NCBI GenBank assembly: GCA_964016885.1
Contig: OZ024753.1
Coordinates: 43,028,001 to 43,092,000, forward strand
Length of the DNA stretch: 64,000 nt
Source: Eledone cirrhosa
Taxonomy: Eukaryota
Direction of reading: 5' to 3'
The translations under genes and the position numbers were made by a program. Every line of letters begins with the position of its first letter. Position 1 is the stretch's first letter. The notes below the pieces were generated by a model, which ran no database searches, was not told the origin of the DNA, and worked only from the letters and a program-made list of their open reading frames with translations. Of the stretch, positions 27,586-41,994 are shown piece after piece.

Positions 27586-28158
27586 GAATAGAGAGATCAC
27601 AGCTCTGATACTATGGACATGGCGTTAGAATGTCTCCAGAAAGAATCTCTGAATAGAGAGATCACAGTTCTGATACTACAGACATGTGGTTAGAATGTCT
27701 CCAGAAAGAATCTCTGAATAGAGAGATTACAGCTCTGATACTACAGACATGTGGTTAGAATGTCTCAGGAAAGAATCTCTGAATTGAGAGATCACAGCTC
27801 TGATACTACAGACATGTGGTTAGAATGTCTCCAGAAAGAATCTCTGAATAGAGAGATCACAGTTCTGATACTATGGACATGTGGTTAGAATGTCTCAGGA
27901 AAGAATCTCTGAATTGGGAGATCACAGCTCTGATACTATGGACATGTGGTTAGAATGTCTCCAGAAAGAATCTCTGAATTGAAAGATCACAGCTCTGATA
28001 CTATGGACATGTGGTTAGAATGTCTCAGGAAAGAATCTCTGAATTGAAAGATCACAGCTCTGATACTATGGACATGTGGTTAGAATGTCTCAGGAAAGAA
28101 TCTCTGAATTGAAAGATCACAGCTCTGATACTATGGACATGTGGTTAGAATGTCTTAG
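27586..28158. repeat. 65-bp minisatellite (~9 copies)
   Basis: atcacagctctgatact recurs at 27596, 27661, 27726, 27791, 27856 and onward. Confidence 0.9.
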
Positions 28159-28354
28159 GCAGGAATCACTGGACAATATTGGTGGTATGGAGAGAGGAGA
28201 CTGATATACATGGGCAACTGCTGGTCTTCCACAAAACATCTTGCCCTGACTTTGTGGCTCAGAATGGAACTTTCTAGGTGCAAAGCCCATGGTCATTTGT
28301 GACAGAAGGGGGTCTTTACCCTTTATAATTTGTTTATTTTCTTTGTTATTTCAG

Positions 28355-28428
28355 CCAACAGATGTCGACCATACTTAACTACCCCAGCTGATGAGAGCAA
28401 TGATTATATTAATGCTGTGTTTCTTAAT
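28355..28428 (+). CDS. Receptor PTP D2 domain exon (DYINA motif)
   Basis: Acceptor ttatttcag, donor gtaagt. Translates (A)NRCRPYLTTPADESNDYINAVFLN. 74 nt, phase matches the previous exon. Confidence 0.95.
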
Positions 28429-29308
28429 GTAAGTATTAAAGACTTCTTTACTCATCATTTTACTGTAATATGTCAATTATTATTACTGATATTGTAGCTG
28501 GGAATTTAACGCTGTGGTGGACTGGTGTCCTGTTCAGGGGGCAATCTTGTAATCTCACTCACTTAACACCACAGAAACCAAGATAAGCACTGGCCCAAAG
28601 AGCCTCCAGGTTCGAGACAGACTTTAGACTTTGTGACATATTTTATTATTGTCATCAATTAATGTTTCTTGTTCCATGCTAGCATGTGTTGGATGGATCA
28701 CCACTGACCTGCCTGATGCGACAAGAACATGCATCTGACATACATTCCAGCACATTACAGAGAGTACTGGGTGCATTCTATCATGGTTCCAGTACTGGGA
28801 AGTTTGTCATATCATTGACAGAACTGAAGAGTTGTCTCGATCCTTTGTTTAGCAAATTGTCTCTAGTTAAATGCCTTTCGTATCTGCAACCATTTTACAG
28901 AGTGTACTGGGTGTGCTTTATTGTGGTACTGATACAAATTTGTGTGTATATAAGGAGTTCTGATTTAAGCCAACAATTTTGGGGGAGGGGAAAGTCGATT
29001 AAATCAACCCCAGTGCATTACTGGTACTTTATTTTACTGACCCTGTAAGGATGATAATCTTGGGTGGATTTGAACTCAGAATGTAAAAGGCCATAACTCT
29101 ATGTTTTATATGGGACTATTGATATTAAATTTGTATGTAAATAATACTCTATAAAACATTGACTGTATTCCCCCAATGGCCTATTTTGAGTTTTTAAAAC
29201 ACACTACACAATATTTTTTCTTTAAATTTATTTGGTAGGTTTTCAAACGATTTTTTATAATCAAAATACATCAATGTCATTCTCTTCCAATTGTTTTCTG
29301 TTTTTCAG

Positions 29309-29443
29309 AGCTACAAGAAGCGTGATGCCTTCATCGTCACACAGATGACACTCCCTAACACAGTTATAGACTTCTGGCGCCTTCTATATGACCACAATTC
29401 TTCTACTATTGTTATGTTGAATGAAATAGATGAAAAAGATGAG
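29309..29443 (+). CDS. Receptor PTP D2 domain exon (FIVTQ/DFWR/IVML motifs)
   Basis: Acceptor tttttcag, donor gtaaat. Translates [45 protein letters not shown]. 135 nt, phase 0-0. Confidence 0.96.
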
Positions 29444-29574
29444 GTAAATAAAGACAATTTCACTTGGTTTTTTTTTTATAAATCTATTTTAATCGGATTT
29501 AGTGAAGAATTTTTGTTTCTAATTATTTTTGGCATCATTTTTGTGACTTAGATTCTGTAGTCTTCCTTATGTTG

Positions 29575-29652
<78 letters not shown>

Positions 29653-29655
29653 TAT

Positions 29656-30413
29656 AAGGCTTCTCCCTCAGAATGAAAGGCAGACTGTATGATGCGTGTA
29701 TCCGAACAGCGATGTTGCATGGTAGTGAGACCTGGGCGCTGAAGGTGGAAGACTTACGTAGATTAGAGAGAAACGAAGCCTGCATGCTCCGATGGATGTG
29801 TAACAGTAATATACGTGAACGACAAAGCATAAATGAATTGAGAGAGAGACTGAGCATAAGAGGAATCAAATGCTGCGTGCAGGAGAGGCGGTTACGCTGG
29901 TATGGACATGTGATGCGTATGAAGGATGACAGCTGCATAAAAAGGTGCAGAGCACTAGAAGTTGATGGAAACCGCGGAGTGGGGAGACCCAAGATGACTT
30001 GGGATGAGGTGATAAAAGCCGACCTTACCCAACTACACCTCTCAAAGTCAATGACACACGACCGTGACTTCTGGCGTCACGCAGTAATACAGGGTACCCG
30101 ACCTCCCATGGGTACATGCTGAAGCATATAAACAATATGCCCCCCCCCCCCACCGCAAGGTGGTCGTGGAGGTGCCACGGCAAAAAAGCACCCAGCCCAC
30201 ACTGTAAAGTGGACGTGTAGGCGCCACGAAAAAGCACCCAGCACTCACTGTAAATGAGGTTGGTGTTAGGAAGGGCATCCAGCTGTAGAAATCAAGCCAG
30301 ATCAGTTCCTGTATGAGCAAGGCATGGTCAGCCGACCAGACACTGCCCACAACAGGACAACCCGTCTAACCCATGCTAGCGTGGAAGAACGGACGTAAAA
30401 CGGTGATGATGAT
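29656..30413 (+). mobile_element. RTE-clade LINE 3' fragment with 3' UTR
   Basis: 149-aa ORF: KGRLYDACIRTAMLHGSETW...MLRWMC...RLRWYGHVMR...GRPKMTW. Confidence 0.9.
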
Positions 30414-31794
30414 ATAGGTTGTCAGTTCGATTCCTGGACCAAGCAGTGCATTATGTCCTTGAGCAAGACACTTCATTTCACATTGCTCCTTCTACCTGGA
30501 GTTGCGACCGATAGATAGTATTAGCAATTGGAAAGACCAATGGAAACATTGTTTCCTCGGGCCGATTTGATGAATGTTGATCAACAAAATAGGTGAAGAC
30601 ACATGACTTACTGGGAAGGGTGTTTAGCTCAGGATTGTAAAGACTTTAGATTATGTTAACCCTTTAGCATTTTATAAGTAGGCTGTTCTATTAATCAACT
30701 AACTGGCACACTCATCACAACTGACAGAGGCTCAACAACACTCCATCATCATCATCATCTTCATCGTCATTTAATGTCCATTGTTCCATGCTTGCATGGC
30801 CTGAACAGATCCTTCTCAGTACAACATCTCTCCACTTATGTTTCTTTGTCACCACTTCCCTCATAATTTAATTTTATATACTCTTTTACCTGTACCAGCC
30901 ATCCAGCTGAAATATATGTTAAAGAACCTTTAACATATATTTCAAACATCAACTTTACAAAAGAAAGAGTTAGATGTATTACTAAATATATATGATCTGA
31001 ATGAACAAGATCCAGAGCTCATTTGTTTACTGTGTGACAGAGAACTCATCAGATTGAAACCAAGAAAACAATGTTTCTATTGGTCTTTCCAATTGCTGAT
31101 ATTATCTATCAGTCCTAACTCTTGGCTGATCTATTACTAATATATCAGAATTCTTGATTATTTTCAAAATTACTTGGAAATTGTAGACAATGTCTTCCAT
31201 TATAAATATGGTAATGATAGGGTTAAATACCTCCATGTAGAGCAACAGAGAATAAAACTGCTTACTTTGTTTATAGAATAAGCATCTGAATGATAATGAG
31301 TGTTAAACCATTTGTAAGAGAGAGCGAGAGATAGAGAGAGGGAGTGAGTGAGAGGGAGGGTGGGAGGAAAAAATTAAATAGAAATGATTCAATAGTTTTA
31401 ATTCATGTAGAAAAAAAAAACTGAACTGTATATTGGTATAGATATACAAGTAAACTGTGGCGGAAATAGGTGCACCTTACTCTGACATCAACGTGATTTT
31501 CTCGTAATCATTGATCTGATATTCAATAGAATTATTTTATCATTTATGTGCATCGCTTCAATGATTGAATGTACTTCTGTTACTAATTGAATCTGGGTTC
31601 AATCAATATCTCTTCAGCCATACCGAAAACATTCAGATTAACAAACTGAAAATCAAATCATTAAAATTTGTTTCGCCTTTCCTCTGTTCACTAAATTAAA
31701 TTGCTCAACTCGAAAATAGATTTTAATCAATATATAAAAACCATTTTAATTTAATTTCATCATTATTATTATTGTTATCATTATTACTATTGAG

Positions 31795-33980
31795 TGCAGT
31801 GGATTGGCAGAGACGTTTGACTGTTGGACAAATGTTTAGCAGTTTTTCTTTCAGTTCTTTAATTCCTGAGTTCAAATCTTTGCCTTTTGTCCTTCCAGTG
31901 TGGTTAAAATGAAATACCAATCAGGTCCTGGGTTTGATATAATCACCCCATCCCACCACAAATTACTGGCCACACGCATAAATTAGAAATCCTTATTATT
32001 AATATGATTATTATCATCATTATCGGTTGAGTGTCGGACAACATGCTTTGCAGTGTAGAGTAACGGCCCTTTATGTTCTGTGTTCAAATCCTGCCGAGGT
32101 TAGCTTTGCCTTTCATCATTATAAGGTCGATAAAATTAAGTACCAGTAATGCACTGGGGGCCCGATTTAATCAACTTTCCCCTCCTCAAAAATCGTTGGC
32201 CTTGTGCCTAAATCAGAAACCATTGTTTAGTTCAGTAATATATGTTTTGTGGATTTCACTATAAAATTATGCAGGAAGATTTAATTTAAATAGGAAAACT
32301 TTAAAAGAGGTGAACCAGAACTGGTTTGGACTTGGTTGCAATCGAAAGTGTTAACCTTTAGAAAACTATATTTCTAATGAAAGTCACTGCCTATGATTCC
32401 CAAATATTTTTAGAAAATAATCGAAAATTTGGAGAGATTTTAATCGACTTTCCCCTCCCTTCAAATTGTTGGCCTTGTGCCTAAATCAGAAACAATTATT
32501 ATTATTCAGTAATAAAGGCGGTGGATTGGCAGTTTTGGTAGAGAGCCGGACGCCATGCTTTACAGCATAGAGTTACGGGCCTTTACTTTCTGAGTTCAAA
32601 TCCCGCTGAGGTTAACTTTGCCTTTCATCCTTACGGGGTCGATAAAATAAAGTACCAGTAATACACTGGAATAATTGCTGGCCTTGTGCCAAAAGCAGAA
32701 ACAATTATTCAGTAATATTATTCTTATTTTGTACTTTCATTCCACAACACACATGTGTATGTTGTTTTTAAAAAAGTCATTCCCAAGGTATCAATTATTG
32801 CAGGGAGTGGTTCTGTTTTCAGTCCTAGAGTCTAGTTATCTATTTCCAGATGTTCACATTAGGAATATTTCTCTATTTGTTTATAGAAATATCTGAATGT
32901 CTATTGGGAGTGATTTCCATGGCCAGACTCTGCATATTCTAGCAGTCTTCGATAACAATATCTAATTGATTAGCACGTATCTCTATATCTGTGTTAATTG
33001 GAAAACCTAAAATTTATTATTAATTATATTAAAATATATTTTTATATTAAGCTTTTTGTTCGCACATTTCTAATGAAAGGTACAGCCTAGGATTTTATTC
33101 TTATTAATATTCTTATTCTTATCTCTTATTATTATTATGGCATTATCGGTTGAGGGTCTGACACCATGCTTCGCAGCATAGAGTTACGGCCTTTTACGTT
33201 CTGAGTTCAAATCTCACTGATGTTAGCTTTGTCTTTCGTCCTTATGGGGTCGATAAAATAAAGTACCAGTAATACACTGGGATAATTGCAGGCCTTGTGC
33301 CAAATGTAGAAACAATTATTATTATGGCATTAGCGGTAGAGAGTTGGACACCATGCTTCACAGCATAGAGTTACGGCCCTTTACGTTCTGAGTTCAAATC
33401 CCACTGAGGTTAACTTTGCCTTTCATCCTTATGGAGTCGGTAAAATAAAGTACCAGTAATGCACTGGAGTTGATTTAATCGACTTCCCCTCCCCTTCAAA
33501 TTGCTAGCTTTGTGCCTAAAGTAGAAACCATTATTATTAATTTAGTAGGTTAGTAGAATCAGGGGAGTGTTGGGTAATATACCTTTGTGGTATTTGTTCC
33601 ACCTCTTTATGTTCTTAGTCCAAATCTCCCTGAAGTCAACTTTACCTTTCATCCTTACGGGGTCGATGAAATAAAGCACCAGTAATGCATTGGGGTCAAT
33701 TTCATTGACTCTCCTGTACCCCAAAATTGTTGGACTATAGCCTAAAAATCAGAAACGATTATTATTATTATTTCATTTATCTTGAGTCGGTGGATTGGCA
33801 ATATCGGTAGAGGGTCGGACGCCATGCTTTGACGCATAGAGTTACGGCCCTTGCCATTCTGAGTTCAAATCCCGCCGAGGTTAACTTTACCTTTCATCCT
33901 TACGGGGTCGATAAAATAAAGTACCAGTAATACACTGGGATAATTGCTGGCCTTGTGCCAAAAGTAGAAACTATTATTAT
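31795..33980 (+). mobile_element. Cluster of about seven co-oriented Meta-type SINE copies
   Basis: Copies start at about 31797, 32024, 32516, 33139, 33325, 33545 and 33787; each ends in gaaac/gaaat plus (att)n. Confidence 0.75.
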
Positions 33981-34060
33981 TGTTGTTGCCGATGTTGTTG
34001 ATGTTATCATCATCATCATCCTCATCATCATTATTGTTATTATTACTATTATTATTATTG

Positions 34061-34104
<44 letters not shown>

Positions 34105-34106
<2 letters not shown>

Positions 34107-34475
34107 TTTGAGTCTCAGTCATTGATGTTATTTAACTGGAAAGTTTGTTGAAATGAATATCAAGCCACTACCTGCAGCCTCAGATATTCAGGATGTATCG
34201 GAGGGTTCTTGCTGTTCACAGCAAGCATGCCTTTTGAAGTGTTCCAAAAAGCGGGGGCGGGACCAATTTTCTTTAACCATCCTTGGAAACTCTTTGAGAT
34301 AGTACCTAGTGCGCCTATGACAATCGGGACCACTTTGACTTCATGGCAGTTCCAAATCCTTTTTACCTCCCACTTTACGTCCTGGTATCGGTTAATTTTC
34401 TCCCTCTCCTTCTCTTGCACTCTCGTGTCGAATGGGCAGGCCACATCCACAATCAGGCACAATCTTTTTTCCTTG
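34105..34475 (-). mobile_element. R4/Dong-like non-LTR retrotransposon 3' fragment (RLE domain)
   Basis: CLIVDVACPFDTRVQEKEREKINRYQDVKWEVKRIW..VKVVPIVIGALGTISK, flanked on both sides by (TAA)n/(AAC)n. Confidence 0.8.
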
Positions 34476-35214
34476 TTGTTGTTACCAATATTATTATTGT
34501 TATTATTATTATTATTATTGTTGTTGTTGTTGTTGTTGTTGTTGTTATTATATCTGAAATATTGAAGAAGCATTTTAATGATATGGAGAATGGAGAATGA
34601 AGCAGAAATGTTTCTATTTTTGTTGTTGGCCTAGTTCTGTTTGAATTAATGTAAAAGAGCAAGATAATTATTAAACATCAGAAATATCTCCCCTTAGCAT
34701 GTAGCAATACACATAACCAATTATATGGTCGGTGTATTTTGGTTTATCGAGCATATTTTGGCATCAGTAACATATGCATATATCATATATTCCTCCCATA
34801 GGTATTGTATTTATTTAGTTGTGTGTGAACCATTCTCTATTCTGGCCCTTGTCCAAAACTTCTCTTCGGAATTCTCTTGATAATCTGGTCATACAGTAGT
34901 GTAAACGATAAGCACCAGTTTTTATGTTATTTTCGCGATCATTTGAATCACCATCAAAAAAGAAAGTTGAAAATATAAGCTGTATTTTCTTTCAACTTCC
35001 AGTCGTTTCTTTCAAACTGCACTGTTTTTATTTTTATTTATTTATATATTTATGTATTTATTTATGTATTTTAAATTTGACTATGCCACAAAGCACATAT
35101 ATTTACCATTGGCTTGAACTCAAAGGGTACAGAAACTGATTCATCTTGGCTACCAATAGCAATGCAGCAATGTACTAACTATAATATTCTTGTCATGGAT
35201 TATATATATATATA

Positions 35215-35268
<54 letters not shown>

Positions 35269-35350
35269 CATAAGGTTGGATAATACTTGTTTCCCTATAT
35301 GTATTTTTTACACGTAGGGATTCATACTTTATTATTATAAATATATATTA

Positions 35351-35592
35351 GGACGGTGGATTGGCAGTATCGGTAGAGGGTCGGACACCATGCTAGGGTG
35401 GTGGATTGGCAGTATCGGTAGAGGGTCGGACGCCATGCTTTGACGCATAGAGTTACGGCCCTTGCCATTCTGAGTTCAAATCCCACTGAGGTTGACTTTG
35501 CCTTTTATCCTTACGGGGTCGATAAAATAAAGTACCAGTAATGCACTGGGGTAATTGCTGGCCTTGTGCCAAAAAGTAGAAACAATTATTAT
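35351..35592 (+). mobile_element. Meta-type SINE with duplicated 5' head
   Basis: ggtggattggcagtatcggtagagggtcggac occurs twice (35356 and 35400). Confidence 0.8.
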
Positions 35593-36896
35593 AAATATAT
35601 ATATATATTATGAGAAGAAGAGAGAGAGATAAATATATAGATATAATACATTTAGTATATATGTATGTATGTATAAAATGATATATATTAATATATTGTA
35701 CATGTGTGTCTATATATTATATAATATGTATGTGTATATATTATATAATATGTATATATATATATATATATATATATTATACAATATGTATAGATATATT
35801 AGATAATATGTATGTATATATATATAATCACCATTTAACGCCTTTTTACCCAGCTAGCAAAGGTTGGACTACATACATACATATATATATATGTGTGTAT
35901 GTATGTAAGTATGTATGTGTGTATGTGTGTGTATTGTGCAGCAGTAGGGTTGGGTAGGGGTGGGTTGGGGGTAAATAAACAGAGATAGGCAGTGCAGCCA
36001 GGCAAAAAGAGTTCCGTAAGAAAAATATAGATAACATGTGAACGTATAATTATATTGTGAAGGACATATTGAACATTGAACAATTATTTCCACTGTTCAG
36101 GAACTGAAAGAAAATATACTGAGCAAAACATCATGCAGGGAGGGGGGGGGAGAAGAGGGGAGCGAGGGAGGAGGGAGAGAAGGCTGGAGATTTATCATGA
36201 ATGAGGGATAGAGAGAAAGCGAGAAAATGTATATATATCATTATTATCATCATTTAATGTCCATATGTATGTTTATATATATGCACACACACACACATAT
36301 ATATATATATACACATATATACATATATATAAATTGTCTTTTCTTTTATATAAATATATATATATATATATAATTGTTATCTAATGTCTGTTTTCGCAAC
36401 TCTATACACTCACAAAATTATATATACACAACTACACACATATATATATATAGAGAGAGGGATAGATAGACAGATAAGAGAGCCAGACAGAGAGACAGGA
36501 AGTAAAGAGGGTGTGACTAAGTGGTGGGTGCAAAGGACAAAGTGAGGCGAAAGACGTAAAAACAATATTTAAAAAAAAATAATAATAATTTTTTTTTTTT
36601 CTTCTTCTCTCTGTTCTGTTCTGTTTGATTTCTGTCTTGTTTGGTTTCCTTCGATCTCTTCCTCATCCCCCTCGCCCTCCCCCCCACCCTATAGAAGAAG
36701 AAACAGCCAACATATATGCTTTGGATGAATAAATACACGCCTATAATTATATATCACGAAATGAGCATTGCTATGGTTGTCAAACAAATTATTTTAGAAG
36801 GTAGCTAGGTATTCATTTCATTAAGATCAATGTTCTGGGATGAAATAAACATTGTTGTTGTCGTGGTTGTTGTTGTTACATGGTCAATGTTGATAG

Positions 36897-36951
36897 GGAG
36901 GTAGGTAGGTAGGTAGGTAGGTAGGTAGGTAGGTAGGTAGGTAGGTAGGTA
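36897..36951. repeat. (TAGG)n tetranucleotide repeat
   Basis: Direct inspection. Confidence 0.9.
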
Positions 36952-37120
36952 TATAAGAACTGGTTGATATATATGCTATATTGCTGTGTTGGGACTGTTA
37001 TAGTGATTGTGTTTCTACTACATTCTAAAGCTGATGACTATTGACTTAGCATTTTTAACCTTTCTTAGAAATTGTTGTTTATGACAATAAATATTCAATA
37101 TATATGTATATATATATATG

Positions 37121-37162
<42 letters not shown>

Positions 37163-37566
37163 CCATGCTAGCATGGATAATGGATGTTAAACAGTGATTA
37201 TATATATATATAAAACATGGGTGGAGGTGGTGAGAACAGACCTTAGATCGTTGAAGCTCATGGTGGAGATGACGAAGGACCGTGACGAGTGGAGAGATGC
37301 TGTGCTGAATAAGACTCGTCCTACCCTTGCAAGTAGGGAAAAGCGGACGTAAAATGATGATGATGATGATGATATTATGTAATAAACAACATAAGGCAAT
37401 TATTCCATTTACCAGAGATTTCATGAAGACAGATGAGCTCAACAGAGACGTCTGAAATCACTCATCAGTTTCTTACGTAAATGAATAGCTCTGTAGCATG
37501 AATAGAGCACTCTCTTTTCCTTTACACTTCCTATGGAAATACTTCATATATATATATATATATAAA

Positions 37567-37783
37567 AGGAACGATCGACTTTTTTGTCAAATCGGACCGA
37601 GGGAACAATGTTTCCGTTGGTCTTTCCAATTGCTAATACTATCTATCGGTCGCAACTCCAGGTAGAAGGAGCAACGTGAAATAAAGTGTCTTGCTCAAGG
37701 ACATAACGCATCGCCTGGTCCAGGAATTGAACTCACAACCTTACGATTGCGAATACAATTCTCTAACCACTCAGCCACACGCC
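37567..37783 (-). mobile_element. tRNA(Arg-like)-derived CORE-type SINE, second family
   Basis: Minus strand ggcgtgtggctgagtggttagagaatt...gagttcaattcctggacc...gtccttgagcaagacact. Further copies at 55126-55340 (-), 60118-60325 (+) and 30417-30580 (+, partial). Confidence 0.8.
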
Positions 37784-38208
37784 TTCACTTCATATATATA
37801 TATATATATAAATAATGTGGAGGAAAGGATTGACAAGTCTCCAGACCTGATTTGTTTACCAAGTGGGATGGAACATGTCAAATTGTACCAAGGAAACAAT
37901 GGCTCTATTGATCTTTCCATTGCTGATACTACATACCGGTTGCAACTCCTGGCAGAAGGAGCAACATGAAATAAAGTGTCGTGTTCACAACCTCACGATT
38001 ATGAATCCAGGCGAAACTCTAGAGTAGCAAGTCTCACTTTTTAGTCTTAATAAAAATGTTTATATATCTATATACACTTATCTCTCTATATATTTATTAC
38101 ACACCTATATATATATATATATATATTTATATATAAACACAGACACATACACACTCCCATATATATATATATATATATTTATATATAAACACAGACACAT
38201 ACACACTC

Positions 38209-38248
<40 letters not shown>

Positions 38249-38251
<3 letters not shown>

Positions 38252-38443
38252 AACGAGTAGGACCCCGACGGCTGAGCTCAAGCCGTTTCGACGGCTAATT
38301 CTGGAGTCCAGAATTAGCCGGCGAAACGGCTTGTGCTCAGCCATCGGGGTCCTACTCGTTCCTATTACCCACTCTACTACCCTAAGTATTGAGTACTTTG
38401 GTGTGTTATGGTCCACCTTGTTCCTTACCACATTTCCTTCGTT
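38249..38443 (-). mobile_element. Fold-back element, family A
   Basis: Reverse-orientation homologue of 14431-14623 with an intact palindrome. Confidence 0.8.
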
Positions 38444-38685
38444 ATATATGAGATCGTGTAGGTGTCACGACAAAAAAACACACAGTCCACGCTGTAAATG
38501 TGGCCGTGTAGGCAACACGGTAAAAACCTCCCAGCCCCACACTGTAAATGTGGTTGGTGTTAGGAAGGGCATCCAACTGTAGAAAACCCGCCAGACAGTC
38601 CTATGCGAGCAAGACAACCACTCTTGCCTCAAGTGGGAAAACCCCCGTCCAAACCCATGCAAGCGTGGAACACGGACGCTAAACC

Positions 38686-38716
<31 letters not shown>

Positions 38717-39096
38717 ATATATATATATATGCAATCAGAAAACCTATGGCATTTACTAAAACATTGATATCACAGCCACCTATTTTTTTCATAAAATAAA
38801 TATAGAATCTATAAATACATATATATATATATATATGTATTCCGATGATTTGATCAGAGACACACACCGTATTTAAGGTCGAGTGACACAATTTCGAGTG
38901 ATTAGCGGCCTTTAGACTCACCTAATCAATGAAACAATTGTTGATACTGTAAATAAAACCCTTTTTGTTACAGCCGACCATGTTATTCTTCACTCTCTCA
39001 CTACATATATTATATATAGTAATAGTAATTAACGATGATGATGATGATGATGATATATATTATATATAGTAATAGTAATTAACGATGATGATGATG

Positions 39097-39127
<31 letters not shown>

Positions 39128-39477
39128 TAGTTTTTAATATAGACTTGGCTTCTACAGGAGTCATCACCATCATCATCATTTCATTTTACGTCCGCTTTTC
39201 CCTGCTTGCAAGGGTGGAACGGGAACTGATTCTGGCTTGATTTCTACAGCTGGATGCCCTTCCTAACACCAACCTCATTTACAGTGAGTGCTGGGTGCTT
39301 TTCTGCCGTGGCACCTCCACGACCACTTTGCAGTGGAATGATAGGGACTCCAGTCCCTATCGTCTCATTTCTACAGCTGAGTAAACTGTAGTAAACTGTA
39401 ATATGTATATATATATATATACGTGGGAAAGTAAAAAATCGGAGAATAGACCGTTAAAACATGTTTATTTAAAATAT

Positions 39478-39516
39478 CACCTACGTACGTTTCACCCAGT
39501 TGGGCTTCTCAAGGGC
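39478..39516 (-). ncRNA. Hammerhead ribozyme motif, U3-A8 variant (copy of 40498-40537)
   Basis: Minus strand: GCCC-TTGAGAA-GCCCA-AC-TGGGT-GAAA-CGTACG-TA-GGTG. Confidence 0.55.
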
Positions 39517-39573
39517 ATAAATAATCACAAGTGTTCCATATATAGTTCGGAAAGAGTTTTGGGGGTTAAATCT

Positions 39574-39634
<61 letters not shown>

Positions 39635-40497
39635 CTTATATATGTGGGCATGTGTGTAAATAAAGAGGGAGAGTGTGAGAGAGAGGGGGGGGGGTGAGAG
39701 AGAGGGGGGTGGAATGGTGAGAGTGAATTCGCGTACAAAATATGAACACTGAAACTAAAAACTGAATCTGCAATAAATTAATAGAAGAAATTTTGCCGAT
39801 AGTACAGAGGAAGAACCTGAAGAAACTGTTGGCAGCAGCAATAATAAAATGATAAAATTGTAAAATAAACATATAAATGATCAGCTTGATAAAAGTCGTG
39901 TTATGGAATATGTCGGCAGTTTATCTAAATGATTATTGATGTTGTAAAAGCACATTCTTTCTTGTTATTTATTTATTAGATTTACTGTTTACAAAAACTA
40001 AACATCAACATATAGTAGGTGTTTATCTTAAAGAAAAATAGTTTGTGGCAAATCCCTTCTGACTTAGATTAATGTAAAATGTGCTAATCCGTTTTAGTAG
40101 TTGTCTCCTCTTACAAGATGAATTATTGTGTTCAGTCGTGTGTTATACTGTAAAGTAACACCATTTGTTGCATTCATTAATAATTAATATGTTTACAAAC
40201 ATCTTTAACAACATCTCCATTCGTGGTGGGGAGGTAAATAGATTGATATCATTGTTTTTAGTATTATTATTATTATTATTATTATAGACATGAAGCATTC
40301 AGTATTTTTCCTGTCAACAGTAAATGGATGATTGTTACAGGTTTTTACATTAAAATGTTTAAATTTAGGATTGTAAAATATTGAATTTGATATCACAGAG
40401 CAAACACAGTTGGTTCATATATAATATATATATATATATATACGTGGGAAAGTAAGAAATCGGAGAATAGACCGTTAAAACGTGTTTATTTAAAACA

Positions 40498-40537
40498 GCA
40501 CCTACGTACGTTTCGCCCAGTTGGGCTTCTCAAGGGC
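40498..40537 (-). ncRNA. Hammerhead ribozyme motif, U3-A8 variant
   Basis: Minus strand: GCCC-TTGAGAA-GCCCA-AC-TGGGC-GAAA-CGTACG-TA-GGTGC. Palindromic stem III loop; GUA cleavage triplet. Confidence 0.65.
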
Positions 40538-40728
40538 ATAAAGGATCAAAAGTGTTCCTTACATTGTTCGTAAAGAGTTTTTGGGGTTAAATCCACGTCA
40601 AGGTTCATTTCTCGCAAAAATAGTTTGTTTTGATTTTTCAGCAGGTCCTACGCTACTTGGCAAATAACTATATGTATCACCTATCCTCCCCTTTTTTTCT
40701 CTCTCTCGATACGTAAATACTGTATATA

Positions 40729-40790
<62 letters not shown>

Positions 40791-41429
40791 TATATACAAA
40801 TAAAGATTCAGCGATAATCGCATTTTTTGCGGGCAGGAAAAGTGAAACGAAACGCAAAAATCAGAAATGATACTGGCAAAGTGCTCAATAGTTAAAAACC
40901 AGAGCTAAACAATGTGTTAAGAAGCCATACAAAACTGAAAAGGTGGTCAAGAAAGCATTAACCGCCCAAGTCAAAAAGCAAAACAAGCTAAACAGGTCAA
41001 AACAAAATAAATGATAAAAAATAAGTGATAACCAGACCTGCAAAACCTTGCAAAACAAATTCATCGCCATTATATATATATATGCAAGCATGGAACATGG
41101 ACGTTAAACGATATATATATATATATATAACGGCGATGAATTTGTTTTGCAAGGTTTTTGATATCAAATCTTGTGTCGAAACAGATATTGTTATACTTGG
41201 GGAGGGTCATATTGTTGTAATAATATTGCCAGAAATAATACTGTTTGGTTGGTTTTCGCTTCTGTGTCTTTTATATCTCCATAGTTAATTCATCCATCAA
41301 TCAATGTTTATCATTGATTGACCACCGGTCAAAAATACAGATATAAATACATATATATATATAGTCTATCAAAGTTCTTTCGTTGCATCGGTGGTACTAT
41401 TATGTTTCCTCCTGTTGTATTGTATGTCT

Positions 41430-41467
<38 letters not shown>

Positions 41468-41472
<5 letters not shown>

Positions 41473-41657
41473 ATGTTTGACCCTGACGGCAGAGCTCAAG
41501 CCGTTTAGACGACTATTTCAGTTCAGAAATAGCCGTTGAAACGTTCTGAGCTCTGCTGTCGGAGTCAAAACCTTTTCCTATTACCCACTCTACTACCCTA
41601 AGTATTGAGTACTCTGGTGTGTTATGGTCCATCTGGTTCCTTACCACAACTCCTTCG

Positions 41658-41659
<2 letters not shown>
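41468..41659 (-). mobile_element. Fold-back element, family A
   Basis: Homologue of 14431-14623 between (TA)n tracts. Confidence 0.8.
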
Positions 41660-41697
<38 letters not shown>

Positions 41698-41855
41698 ATA
41701 CTTTGGGAGGGTCATGTTGCCAATAAGAAACACACGCACCAGTTGCTTTCACTTCAATTTATTATATATTTATAAATTTATAAATTTACAAATCTACAAA
41801 CTTATAAATTTCTGGTTGGTTGGTTGGTTCCACAACCAGATAGTTGTTTATATAT

Positions 41856-41895
41856 AGTCATAGTCCTTTCGTCACACACTCTGTGACCTCTTCAG
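41856..41895 (-). ncRNA. Hammerhead motif (copy of 22245-22289), 5' stem I arm lost at an inversion junction
   Basis: Minus strand: CTGAAGA-G-GTCACAGAGTGTGTGAC-GAAA-GGAC-TA-TGACT. Confidence 0.6.
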
Positions 41896-41960
41896 TATAA
41901 CAATATCGGTTTCAACACACGATTTCAGATAAAGAATCTTGCTAAACAAATTCAGAAACG

Positions 41961-41994
<34 letters not shown>

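Noticed and set aside
27586-28158. CRISPR-like regular repeat arrays (also 12303, 15099, 17170)
   Set aside because: Units are contiguous with no unique spacers, there are no cas genes, and the context is eukaryotic; these are minisatellites.
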